Below, piece after piece: positions 12,597 to 24,444 of a DNA stretch of 64,000 bases (position 1 is the first letter of the stretch; every line of letters begins with the position of its first letter). The notes beneath the pieces were generated by a model. The model did no database searches, was not told the DNA's origin, and saw only the letters and a list, made by a program, of their open reading frames with translations. A program made the translations under genes and the position numbers. Where the stretch lies: contig NC_052174.1 in assembly GCF_902713615.1 (NCBI RefSeq), positions 11,216,514 through 11,280,513 on the forward strand, given 5' to 3'. The stretch is from Scyliorhinus canicula. Its lineage: Eukaryota.

Positions 12597-12740
12597 GGGG
12601 CCACCCAGCACATCTTCTGGAGCACCCCCGGGGCACAATTGCCTATCAGGACAGTGGAAGATCTGGGACATTGGTCAACGAAAGTTCTCTGTGAAACCTC
12701 GTCATAACACAGGCCAGAGAGTGCGCAAGAACTTTGTAGG

Positions 12741-13005
12741 TGTGGTAGTATGACTAGAGGTACTACGGTACCTGGGAGTGTGAGCTACCATTGGTGGAGA
12801 AGGTCCGCAGCTCATTGGCCCAAGTGTTTGCATTTCATTGATCGGAACGTATGGTAGCTCCGCCCAGTGAGGCGGGGTATAAGAACCTGTGTAGCCCAGC
12901 AGCCGGCCTTCTTTCTGTACTCGAGCTGCTGGGGAAACATCTTGTTGATTAAAGCCTTCAATTCGGACTACATCCTGGTTTCAGTAGTTATTGATCGCAG
13001 AATCT
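12741..13005 (+). mobile_element. Solo LTR-like element
   Basis: TGTGG start, GGGTATAAG TATA box, ATTAAA, and similarity to 24218-24444. No TSD found. Confidence 0.55.
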
Positions 13006-13442
13006 CCAGGCGGGGCCTGACCAAGGCCTCCCCCTCGCCCGCATCCGCGCGCATCAACCCTCCCGCCATTTTGTACCGTTCTGCTCAGCGCGTCACGGTT
13101 ACCATCTCACGAGCAAAACATCTACTTCTCACCTTAAGCTTCGTCCTGATGTTCGGAAGAAAGGTTTTGGGATCGGTTGTAGGCGAAGGCAGCCCATGTC
13201 AGCACAGTGTCAGATTCCTGAGCCATCAGCCTCAAGCGAGGGGCTGCGAGTTCCCGAACCCTTTGTGGCAAGGTTTGCCGGCAAGAGGAGCTGGGAAACT
13301 AGGGGGGGGGAGGTGGTGATTGCGGGGGCGGGGGGGGGGGGGGGGGGGGGGGGAGCCAGGCTCAGGAAGCCCACCCAAGGAATTCTCACTGCTCGCTAAG
13401 TTTTCCAGAAATGGGGATGGGAAACAACATCAGCCATGATCA

Positions 13443-13795
13443 ATGGGCAGCACGGTAGCATTGTGGACAGCTTCAATCGCTTCACAGCTCCAGGGTCCCA
13501 GGTTCGATTCCGGCTTGGGACACTGTCTGTGCGGAGTCTGCACATCCTCCCCGTGTGTGCGTGGGTTTCCTCCGGGTGCTCCGGTTTCCTCCCACAGTCC
13601 AAAGATGTGCAGGTTAGGGTGGATTGGCCGTGCTAAATTGCCCTTAGTGTCCAAAATTGCCCTTAGTGTTGGGTGGGGTTACTGGGTTATGGGGATAGGG
13701 TGGAGGTGTTGACCTTGGGTAGGGCGCTCTTTCCAAGAGCCGGTGCAGACTCGATGGGCTGAATGGCCTCCTTCTGCACTGTAAATTCTATGATA
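13443..13795 (+). mobile_element. HE1/V-SINE-type SINE
   Basis: Full head, core and tail. Confidence 0.85.
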
Positions 13796-14234
13796 ATCTA
13801 TGATATTTATCTTTTTTTATTCGTCCGAAGGGATTCGCTGGCATTTATTGCCAACCCCTTATTGCCCCTTGAGGGGGTCGATTTAAGAGCCGACCACATT
13901 GGTTGAGGGGCCTGGAGTCACGTGTAGGCCAGACCGGGGTAAGGGCGGCTCACGTGTGGAGTTCCCGCCGTAGTTTTGCCGCCAGCGTGGGGGGGACGCG
14001 ATGGGAGATCCCAATGACAGCAAGTGGGACCATCGATCCTGGTGGGCTGCCTCTCCGGAATTGGGGAGAGAATCTCGCCCACGGCTCTTAATTTTTATTG
14101 AATTCAGACTTCACCATCGGCTGTGGTGGGATTGGAACTCGGGGCCCCCCAGAACAGGACCCTGCGGCTCTGGGATACTAGTCCAGCGACAATGCCACAA
14201 CACCACAACCACCCTACACATCATTCGGATATGG

Positions 14235-15450
14235 ATTTGAGGTGCTCCGACTACAAACAGTGGGGATAAAGGGGTCTTTTTCAGGATGGCAGCCGGTGAC
14301 TAGTGGTGTGCCTCAGGGGTCTGTGCTGAGACCACAACTTCTCCCAATATACATTAATGATCTGGAAGAAGGAACTGAAGGCACTGTTGCTAAGTTTGCA
14401 GATGAAACAAAGATCTGTAGAGGGACAGGTAGTATTGAGGAAACAGAGGGGCTGCAGGAGGATTTGGACAGGCTAGGAGAGTGGGCAATGAAGTGGCAGA
14501 CGAAGTACAATGTGGAAAAGTGTGAGGTTCGGCACTTTGGAAGAAGGAATGTAGGCATGGACTATTTTCTAAATGAAATGAAAATCACTTATTGTCACGA
14601 GTAGGCTTCAATGAAGTTACTGTGAAAAGCCCCTAGTTGCCACATTCCGGCGCCTGTTCGGGGAAGCTGTTGCGGGAATCGAACCGTGCTGCTGGTCTGC
14701 TTTCAAAGCCAGTGATTTAGCCCTGTGCTAAACAGCCCCTGGGAAAATGCTTAGGAAATCAGAAGCACAAAGGGACTTGGGAGTCCTTGTTCAAGATTCT
14801 CTTAAGGTTAATGTGCAGGTTCAGTCGGCAGTTAGGAAGGCAAACGCAAAGTTAGCATTCATGTCCAGAGGGCTAGAATACAAGAGCAGGGATGTACTTC
14901 TGAGGCTGTATCAGGCTCTGGTCAGACCCCATTTGGAGTATTGTGAGCAGTTTGGGCTCCGTATCTAAGGAAGGATGTGCTGGCCTTGGAAAGGGTCCAG
15001 AGGAGGTTCACATGAATGACGAACTTGTCGTATGAGAAACGGTTGAGGACTCTGGGTCTGTACTGGTTGGAGTTTAGAAGGATGAGGGGGGGATCTTATT
15101 GAAACTCACAGGATACTGCGAGGCCTGGATAGAGTGGACGTGGAGAGGATGTTTCCACTTGTAGGAAAACTAGAATCAGAGGCCACAGCCTCAAACTGAA
15201 GGGACGATCCTTTAAAACAGAGATGAGGAGGAACTTCAGCCAGAGGGTGGTGAATCTGTGGAACTCTTTGCCGCAGAAGGCTGTGGAGGCCAAATCACTG
15301 AGTATCTTTAAGACAGCGATAGATAGGTTCTTGATTAATAAGGGGATCGGGGGTTACGGGGAGAAGGTAGGAGAATGGGGATGAGAGAAATATCAGCCAT
15401 GATTGAATGGCGGAGCAGACTCGATGGGCCGAGTGGCCTAATTCTGCTTA
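14235..15450 (+). mobile_element. CR1 LINE 3' part (RT C-terminus) interrupted by a minus-strand short SINE at ~14577-14740
   Basis: VTSGVPQGSVL..IYINDLEEG..KFADETK, RPHLEYC and the CR1 3' tail. Confidence 0.9.
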
Positions 15451-16012
15451 TGCCTTTCTTCAATTATATAGAACCTTGGTTCACCTGCACGTGGCGCATT
15501 GTGTACAGTTTTGGCCCCTTCACATTAATAAAGAGATACTCGCCAGATTGATCCTGGGATGGTGAGACCATCATCTGAAGGGAGATTGAGGAGGCTAAAG
15601 TATTCCTGGCCTGGAGTTCAAGAGCTCATTCAAAGTACAAAATTCGTACAGGACTTGACAGGCGAAGATACAGGAAGGAGGTTTCCCTGTGGGCTGGGCT
15701 GGGCTGAGGCCGAGAACCAGGGGACACAGCCTCAGAGTGAGGGGAACATTTAGAGCCGAGATGGGGAGGGATTTCTCCAGCCGGAGGATGGTGTGGAATT
15801 CTCGACCCCAGAGGCCTGTGGAACCCCAATCGTGGAGCCTATCCAAGAACAGGATCGCTCGATCACTCGATGTCAATGACATCAAGTTGACTGGTCCAGA
15901 AGGCTCTCTGAGCTGATTGGCCCACTGCCATTCCCACTTGCTGGTACATTGACAGCGGACCCAATGGGCTCCTTGCAGACGACAGCTTTTTAACATCTGT
16001 TTGCTGTTCCAG

Positions 16013-16375
16013 GTGCACAGGTGGATGTACGGCAATCGCCCTCGTCCCTCACCATCAAGCAAGGAGCCGGTGTGGTTGTCAACTGCAGTTTCCGGTTCTC
16101 CGGGAACAACACGGAAGTTTTCTTCGAATGGAAAAAGGATAGAGTCAAGCTCTACGCCTGTAGAATAAATGGCTCGAGACAGTGTATCTCAAAGTCTCCG
16201 GATAACAAGTTTCACATCAGCATCAGCTGGGAAGCTGAAAGCCTCACTTTACACATCAGGAGCGTTGCTGAGCGAGAGGATGATGGGACTTATTTCTGTC
16301 ACCTGCAAGTAGAGAGACCACTCCCAATTAAAAATGGGCGGGGTAACGGGACAGTCCTCATCGTCGACACGACAG
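16013..16375 (+). CDS. TMIGD2: TMIGD2/CD28H-like receptor, exon 2 (V-set Ig domain)
   Basis: TTGCTGTTCCAG acceptor and ACAG|GTATT donor, phase 1-1. Canonical B-Cys (VVVNC), C-Trp (FEWKKD), DDGTYFC and J-like GRGNGTVLIV. An extra Cys pair and ISWEAESLTLHI resemble TMIGD2. Confidence 0.9.
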
Positions 16376-16419
16376 GTATTCCAGTTTCGCCGTCATTTTA
16401 TTTGATTATAAAATTAGAG

Positions 16420-16590
16420 TAGCCAATTATTTTTTTCCAATTAAGGGGCAGTTCAGCGTGCCCAATCCACCGACCCTGCACATCTTTGGGTTGTGGGGGT
16501 GAGGCCCACGCAGACACGGGGAGAACGTGCAAAATCCACCCGGGCAGTGACCCGGGGCCGCAGCCAGCAGAGCTAACCACTGCGCCGCCG
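16420..16590 (-). mobile_element. Short SINE
   Basis: Reverse complement of the SINE head and core. Confidence 0.75.
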
Positions 16591-16944
16591 AGCCGCCCCC
16601 CTCTCCGCCATTTTACAAAGCCAACAGAAGGTGCGGAAGGATTAAGGGTCGGTAAATGGAAGCAGCTCTCCACTTATAGTCTTGTGCTATGTGTCTAGGA
16701 TGGCTAAAACACGCAAAGTTCGGGGGAAGAGTAAGCTGCGGGGAGGACACAAAGAAACATGTCAAGTGAACAGCCAATGAGGTGGCAGTTAAGTGTCATG
16801 TGAGGTAATTTGGGATTGTTCAGCCATTTTGGACATTAGGTGAAGGGGAAGGGGGGGAGGGGAGGGCTGGAAAGGGGGCGGGGCGAGAGTCCTTTCACGG
16901 TGAGCGAGTTTGTGTTTATTTTGCTTGCTCTTCCACGTTTACAG

Positions 16945-17067
16945 ATGAAGGATCAACTTCTCCTCATTGGAATGGACGTTGGCCAATGCCTGTACTGCTT
17001 ACTTCTGGGACCTTCCTGTGCATATTATGTATAATATGCCTCCTGGTTAAATTCAAACGTCCAACTG
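16945..17067 (+). CDS. TMIGD2: TMIGD2/CD28H-like receptor, exon 3 (stalk and transmembrane)
   Basis: TTCCACGTTTACAG acceptor, phase 1-1. Translates DEGSTSPHWNGRWPMPVLLTSGTFLCILCIICLLVKFKRPT: a hydrophobic helix followed by a basic stop-transfer. Donor GTGTGT. Confidence 0.8.
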
Positions 17068-17254
17068 GTGTGTATATCGGCGAATAAATGATTGTAGAGG
17101 TTCCACATTTCTTACCAATGCACAGAGTGGGTTATGAAGACTAAAAAAAACATTCCTGGTCAAGCCTCACATTTACCACAGATTGGCAAACACTCTCAGA
17201 ATTCTTGGACAGAAAGGAGAAAATAAATAATGGGGGTTCCCATCTTGCCACTGT

Positions 17255-18777
17255 CCCTCTACACTGTCCCCATCAAACACTCCCAGGACAGGTTTGCACG
17301 GGGTTAGATACAAAGTAAAGCTCCCTCTACACTGTCCCCATCAAACACTCCCAGGACAGGTACAGCACAGGGTTAGATACAGAGTAAAGCTCCCTCTACA
17401 CTGTCCCCATCAAACACTCCCAGGACAGGTACAGCACGGGGTTAGATACAGAGTAAAGCTCCCTCTACACTGTCCCCATCAAACACTCCCAGGACAGGTA
17501 CAGCACGGGGTTAGATACAGAGTAAAGCTCCCTCTACACTGTCCCCATCAAACACTCCCAGGGCAGGTACAGCACGGGGTTAGATACAGAGTAAAGCTCC
17601 CTCTACACTGTCCCCATCAAACACTCCCAGGACAGGTACAGCACGGGGTTAGACACAGAGTAAAGCTCCCTCTACACTGTCCCCATCAAACACTCCCAGG
17701 ACAGGTACAGCACGGGGTTAGATACAGAGTAAAGCTCCCTCTGCACTGTCCCCATCAAACACTCCCAGGACAGGTACAGCATGGGGTTAGATACAGAGTA
17801 AAGCTCCCTCTACACTGTCCCCATCAAACACTCCCAGGACAGGTACAGCACGGGGTTAGATACAGAGTAAAGCTCCCTCTACACTGTCCCCATCAAACAC
17901 TCCCAGGACAGGTACAGCACAGGAGTAGATACAGAGTAAAGCTCCCTCTATACTGTCCTCATCAAACACTCCCAGGACAGATACAGCACGGGGTTAGAAA
18001 CAGAATAAAGGTCCCTCTACACTGTCCCCATCAAACACTTCCAGGACAGGTTTGCACGGGGTTAGATACAGAGTAAAGCTCTCTCTACACTGTCCCCATC
18101 AAACACTCCCAGGACAGGTGCAGCACGGGGGTAGATACAGAGTAAAGCTCCCTCTACACTGTCCCCATCAAACACTCCCAGGACAGGTACATCACGGGGT
18201 TAGATACAGGGTAAAGCTCCCTCTCCACTGTCCCCATCAAACACTCCCAGGACAGGTACAGCACGGGGATAGATACAGAGTGAAGCTCCCTCTACACTGT
18301 CCCCATCAAACACTCCCAGGACAGGTACAGCACGGGGTTAGATACAGAGTAAAGCTCCCTCTACACTGTCCCCATCAAACACTCCCAGGACAGGTACAGC
18401 ACGGGGTTAGATAGAGAGTAAAGCTCCCTCTACACTGTCCCTATCAAACACTCCCAGGACAGGGACAGCACGGGGTTAGATAGAGTAAAGCTCCCTCTAC
18501 ACTGTCCCCATCAAACACTCCCAGGACAGGTACAGCACGGGGTTAGATACAGAGTAAAGCTCCCTCTACACTGACCCCATCAAACACTCCCAGGACAGGT
18601 ACAGCACGGGGTTAGATACAGAGTAAAGCTCCCTCTACACTGGCCCCATCAAACACTCCCAGGACAGGTACAGCACGGGGTTAGATACAGAGTAAAGCTC
18701 CCTCTACACTGACCCCATCAAACACTCCCAGGACAGGTACAGCACGGGGATAGATACAGAGTAAAGCTCGCTCTACA
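17255..18777 (+). repeat. 69-bp tandem repeat array 1 (~22 copies)
   Basis: Unit ACACTGTCCCCATCAAACACTCCCAGGACAGGTACAGCACGGGGTTAGATACAGAGTAAAGCTCCCTCT. Confidence 0.97.
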
Positions 18778-19237
18778 TTCTTCCCAATGCCTCTTTGAAC
18801 TTTATGCTCATCTTGCCCCTGTTGCATGAGCTGTTGTCCACACTCACCATGATCCTGATACCCCATGTGTGTCCAGAGGGGGATGAATAGAGCCGTTCCT
18901 TGACGTTTTCCCGGTCAAACCTTACCCCCTTCCACCCACTTCCCCTTAAGTCAAGATCTGACTGAATCGTGGAAAATTTCCGAGGGGCTGAATGGCCTCC
19001 TCAATCTATCCGAACCCTCACCGTAGCCAAGACATTCCCTTCTGGATTCCCAGCCCCTGGTCTCCGCAGCCCCCCACCCCCTGTCAATTCAGGAAGGGCG
19101 AGGAGATGCTCAATCCACACGGAACGCATGTTCCTCAGCGGGGGACATGCAGCCCCTCAAGGCCTCAATCCCTGCTTCCATCACCCCCCCCTCCCACCCC
19201 TATCCCTCCATTCCTAATGTACATGCGTTCCTTGCAG

Positions 19238-19305
19238 GATTTGGATCGAAAACCCGGGAAGCAGCAGGAGGAGGAAAGGATGATGCCCCACCGCCTGAGA
19301 ATGAG
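19238..19305 (+). CDS. TMIGD2: TMIGD2/CD28H-like receptor, exon 4 (cytoplasmic)
   Basis: GTTCCTTGCAG acceptor, perfect GAG|GTAAGT donor, phase 1-0. Translates GFGSKTREAAGGGKDDAPPPENE. Confidence 0.7.
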
Positions 19306-19984
19306 GTAAGTCCGTCTGACGACGGAGGGAGGCCAATCTGGTTCCAGGTGGAAGGTTCCGGCCTCCAGAAGCCTCTTCGGTTTCTCAATGGTCTCAAACC
19401 CCACCCCCACCCCCCCACCCCCCGCCCGCCTCCCCCTGCAACATCCGGCCCAGGATGTCCAGCACGCCTCCCCACCCCCTCCCCCACAATGAGCCCAGTC
19501 TATGCATTCACCAAACCTCTGGGGCACCAGCATATTTTCTCCCGGTCTTTCGTCCCATCGGTGTAGTTGTCCGGAATGATCCCATGAAGATGGGGGGGGG
19601 GGGGGGGATGGGGGGGGGGGGGGGGGGGGAGAGGGGGGGTGCGGCGTTGGCATCTGGCTGGTGGTCTCTGCTATTGAGACGTTAATGGTCAATCCCTGTT
19701 TTCAACCGTCAGGAATTCAGGATACGATGGAGGCATCGGAAACACAGGTTGGAGGGAGGGGGGTGGGAGATTGGTGAGGGGGACAGGTTTTTCATTCCAG
19801 GTATTCAGGCGGGGGGGTGGGGGGGGGGGATCAGCAGCAGAGTCAGAGGGTCCCGCGGGAATCGACAAACCCATTTTACGCTGGCGAAATTTCCCATTGC
19901 GATGGTCCTCGAAACCCCGTCCCATCCGGCCAATGACAAAACAGGACCCCTATTTGAATACGTTTCCGTATAAACATATACCAG

Positions 19985-20315
19985 GGGGCGGCATGGTGGC
20001 ACAGTGGCTAGCACGGTGGCTTCACAGCTCCAGGGTCCCAGGTTCGATTCCCGGCTTGGGTCACTGTCTGTGCGGAGTCTGCACATCCTCCCGTGTGTGC
20101 GTGGGTTCCCTCCGGGTGCTCCGGTTTCCTCCCACAGTCCAAAGATGTGCGGGTTAGGGTGGATTGGCCGTGCTAAATTGCCCCTTAGTGTTGGGTGGGG
20201 TTACTGGTTACTGGGTTATGGGGATAGGCTGGAGGTGTTAACCTTGGGTAGGGTGCTGTTTCCAAGGGCCTGTGCAGACTCGATGGGCCGAATGGCCTCC
20301 TTCTGCAGTGTAAAT
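19985..20315 (+). mobile_element. HE1/V-SINE-type SINE
   Basis: Full head, core and tail. Confidence 0.85.
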
Positions 20316-20595
20316 TTTATAATAATCACGTTTTTACACCGATTACTCCCGCCCCGCGGGAATTGTCCAATAACGTCAGCAAGACACCCCCCATGAAGTG
20401 CACCTGGTGAGCAGAACCCCCACCTCCCGAGGTACAGAGGCGATCTCAGCCCCCGTGGTAAGAGGGGTGATGTCAAGGCAGTACCCAGGAACAGCCTCCA
20501 TGGCACTGCTGCATTGCCCAGGCAACGCCGCGGATATGTTCCAAGGGAGGAGAGGGTATTCTGTGGGGGGGAAGGGTCGAGGGCTCCATGGTGGA

Positions 20596-22530
20596 ACAGG
20601 TACAGCACGGGATTAGATCCAGAGTAAAGCTCCCTCTACACTGTCCCCATCAAACACTCCCAGGACAGGTACAGCACGGGGTTAGATACAGAGTAAAGCT
20701 CCCTCTACACTGTCCCCATCAAACACTCCCAGGACAGGTACAGCACGGGGTTTGATACAGAGTAAAGCTCCCTCTACACTGTCCCCATCAAACACTCCCA
20801 GGACAGGTACAGCACGGGGTTAGATACAGAGTAAAGCTCCCTCTACACTGACCCCATCAAACACTCCCAGGACAGGTACAGCACAGGGTTAGATACAGAG
20901 TAAAGCTCCCTCTACACTGTCCCCATCAAACACTCCCAGGACAGGTCCAGCACGGGGTTAGATACAGAGTAAAGCTCCCTCTACACTGTCCCCATCAAAC
21001 ACTCCCAGGACAGGTACAGCACAGGGTTAGATACAGAGTAAAGCTCCCTCTACACTGTCCCCATCAAACACTCCCAGGACAGGTACAGCACGGGGTTAGA
21101 TACAGAGTAAAGCTCCCTCTACACTGTCCCCATCAAACACTCCCAGGACAGGTACAGCACGGGGTTAGATACAGAGTAAAGCTCCCTCTACACTGTCCCT
21201 ATCAAACACTCCCAGGACAGGTACAGCACAGGGTTAGATACAGAGTAAAGCTCCCTCTACACTGTCCCCATCAAACACTCCCAGGACAGGTACAGCATGG
21301 GGTTAGATACAGAGTAAAGCTCCCTCTGCACTGTCCCCATCAAACACTCCCAGGACAGGTACAGCACGGGGTTAGATACAGAGTAAAGCTCCCTCTACAC
21401 TGTCCCCATCAAACACTCCCAGGACAGGTACAGCACGGGGTTAGATACAGAGTAAAGCTCCCTCTATACTGTCCCCATCAAACACTCCCAGGACAGGTAC
21501 AGCACGGGGTTAGATACAGAGTAAAGCTCCCTCTATACTGTCCCCATCAAACACTCCCAGGACAGGTACAGCACGGGGTTAGATACAGAGTAAAGCTCCC
21601 TCTACACTGTCCCCATCAAACACTCCCAGGACAAGTACAGCACGGGGTTAGATACAGAGTAAAGCTCCCTCTGCACTGTCCCCATCAAACACTCCCAGGA
21701 CAGGTACAGCACGGGGTTAGATACAGAGTAAAGCTCCCTCTGCACTGTCCCCATCAAACACTCCCAGGACAGGTACAGCACGGGGTTAGATACAGAGTAA
21801 AGCTCCCTCTACACTGTCCCCATCAAACACTCCCAGGACAGGTACAGCACGGGGTTAGATACAGAGTAAAACTCCCTCTGCACTGTCCCCATCAAACACT
21901 CCCAGGACAGGTACAGCACGGGGTTAGATACAGAGTACAGCTCCCTCTACACTGTCCCCATCAAACATTCCCAGGACAGGTACAGCACGGGGTTGGATAC
22001 AGAGTAAAGCTCCCTCTGCACTGTCCCCATCAAACACTCCCAGGACAGGGACAGCACGGGGTTAGATACAGAGTAAAGCTTCCTCTACACTGTCCCCATC
22101 AAACACTCTCAGGACAGGTACAGCACGGGGTTAGATACAGAGTAAAGCTTCCTCTACACTGTCCCCATCAAACACTCCCAGGGCAGGTACAGCACAGGGT
22201 TAGATACAGAGTAAAGCTCCCTCTACACTGTCCCCATCAAACACTCCCAGGACAGGTACAGCACGGGGTTAGATACAGAGTAAAGCTCCCTCTACACTGT
22301 CCCCATCAAACACTCCCAGGACAGGTACAGCACGGGGTTAGATACAGAGTAAAGCTCCCTCTACACTGTCCCCATCAAACACTCCCAGGACAGGTACAGC
22401 ACGGGGTTAGATACAGAGTAAAGCTTCCTCTACACTGTCCCCATCAAACACTCCCAGGACAGGTACAGCACAGGGTTAGATACAGAGTAAAGCTCCCTCT
22501 ACACTGTCCCCATCAAACACTCCCTGGGCA
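20596..22530 (+). repeat. 69-bp tandem repeat array 2 (~28 copies)
   Basis: Same unit. Confidence 0.97.
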
Positions 22531-22784
22531 GTGCAGAGACAGAGAACATTAAGGGATAGAGCGAGGCTGTAGTTACGCTCCGGTTGATGAACCATCTGAG
22601 ACAGTGTGAGTTCAGACACTGGCGGCTCCATCATTGTGTCCATGATCAACACCATTGTCTGATTCCTGGATTGATCGTCTTGCTGGCCTGGATGCCAATC
22701 CTTTGAGAATGACAACGTGTTCGCCTTTATTTCATCGATGTAACTCGCGCGACTCACCATTTACCGTCTGCACCATCTTCCCAG

Positions 22785-23072
22785 TTGCTCAGGGCGACCG
22801 GCAGGCAGGGTGGCGAAGTGACGGTGAGCGATTTGGAGGAGTACAGTGAGATCCGGAAGCCAGCGAAGAGGTCACCACGCAGTGAAGTCCCGACACAATC
22901 GGAGAGACAAGATGTCCACTCGGAAACCCTTGGCAGCACGCCAGCGTGCTGTGAATCTTTGTACAGCTATCCCTCATTTAACGTTCCGAATGTGTTCCTG
23001 AATACACCGAGCTCAACACGAAACTCTGCCCCATCAGAAAACAATGTAGTAAAGGGTGGCTCCACTTTCTGA
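22785..23072 (+). CDS. TMIGD2: TMIGD2/CD28H-like receptor, exon 5 (cytoplasmic tail with Tyr motifs, stop)
   Basis: CCATCTTCCCAG acceptor, phase 0, 95 codons to TGA, with EEYSEI and SLYSYPSF. The five exons total 906 nt, giving 301 aa plus stop. Confidence 0.7.
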   Translation: MLRATGRQGGEVTVSDLEEYSEIRKPAKRSPRSEVPTQSERQDVHSETLGSTPACCESLYSYPSFNVPNVFLNTPSSTRNSAPSENNVVKGGSTF

Positions 23073-23197
23073 CCTGGAGTATTTACATCACAATTATTGT
23101 GACTGCCTCAAAACAAAGTGGCCCAAAATCCTCCATCCACGTACCTGCTGCTCACAGCTTCTCACCTCTCATCCCCCCTCACTCCCTCTCACTCACA

Positions 23198-24113
23198 AGT
23201 ACAGCACTGGGTTAGATACAGAGTAAAGCTCCCTCTACACTGCCCCCATCAAACACTCCCAGGACAGGTACAGCACGGGGTTAGATACAGAGTAAAGCTC
23301 CCTCTACACTGTCCCCATCAAACACTCCCAGGACAGGTACAGCACGGGGTTAGATACAGAGTAAAGCTCTCTCTACACTGTCCCCATCAAACACTCCCAG
23401 GACAGGTACAGCACGGGGTTAGATACAGAGTAAAGCTCCCTCTACACTGTCCCCATCAAACACTCCCAGGAACAGGTACAGCACGGGGTTAGATACAGAG
23501 TAAAGCTCCCTCTACACTGTCCCCATCAAACACTCCCAGGACAGGTACAGCACTGGGTTAGATACAGAGTAAAGCTCCCTCTACACTGTCCCCATCAAAC
23601 ACTCCCAGGACAGGTACAGCACGGGTTAGATACAGAGTAAAGCTCCCTCTACACTGCCCCCATCAAACACTCCCAGGACAGGTACAGCACGGGGTTAGAT
23701 ACAGAGTAAAGCTCCCTCTACACTGTCCCTATTAAACACTCCCAGGACAGGTACAGCACGGGGTTAGATACAGAGTAAAGCTCCCTCTGCACTGTCCCGA
23801 TCAAACACTCCCAGGACAGGTACAGCATGGGGTTAGATACAGAGTAAAGCTCCCTCTATACTGTCCCCATCAAACACTCCCAGGACAGGTACAGCACGGG
23901 GTTAGATACAGAGTAAAGCTCCCCCTACACTGTCCCCATCAAACACTCCCAGGACAGGTACAGCACGGGGTTAGATACAGAGTAAAGCTCCCTCTACACT
24001 GTCCCCATCAAACACTCCCAGGACAGGTACAGCACGGGGTTAGATACAGAGTAAAGCTCCCTCTACACTGTCCCCATCAAACACTCCCAGGACAGGTACA
24101 GCACGGGGTTAGA
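23198..24113 (+). repeat. 69-bp tandem repeat array 3 (~13 copies)
   Basis: Same unit. Confidence 0.97.
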
Positions 24114-24217
24114 TGGGCACAGACAGTTGCTACCCGCTTTGAACCTGGCACAGATGTAAACCCAAATTCACTTCTAAAAACAGAAAGAAACGACGGGGCA
24201 GTGCCACACAGACACAG

Positions 24218-24444
24218 TGATGCGTCGGTCAATTCACGCGAGACAGAGAGTTGAAGTGACCAGTGGCTTTAATTGACTAGAACAGTGCCTGCCTGTGACT
24301 GATCTTCTCCTGTGAGCCGCCTACAGGGCAGCTGCTCTTTATACCTCCCCTCAAGGGGGCGGAGCCAGGGGCGGAGCCCACAATGGCAACAGCCTGGTAC
24401 CGTGTAATACGGTGGTGAATGGTTAGTACAATACGTGCACCACA
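24218..24444 (-). mobile_element. Solo LTR with 5-bp TSD CACAG
   Basis: Minus strand reads TGTGG...CATCA, with TATAAA and ATTAAA. CACAG lies on both flanks. Confidence 0.8.

Noticed and set aside
16013-16375. TCR, Ig or IgNAR V gene segment
   Set aside because: The J-like strand is germline-joined, the exon ends at a splice donor, no RSS heptamer/nonamer follows, and it splices to a TM exon with no C domain.
17294-18414. ORFs of repeated QVQHGVRYRVKLPLHCPHQTLPG
   Set aside because: They translate the 69-bp satellite, and other arrays of the same unit are broken by stops and indels.
17255-24113. CRISPR-like regular repeats
   Set aside because: Units are contiguous with no unique spacers, there are no cas genes, and the context is vertebrate.
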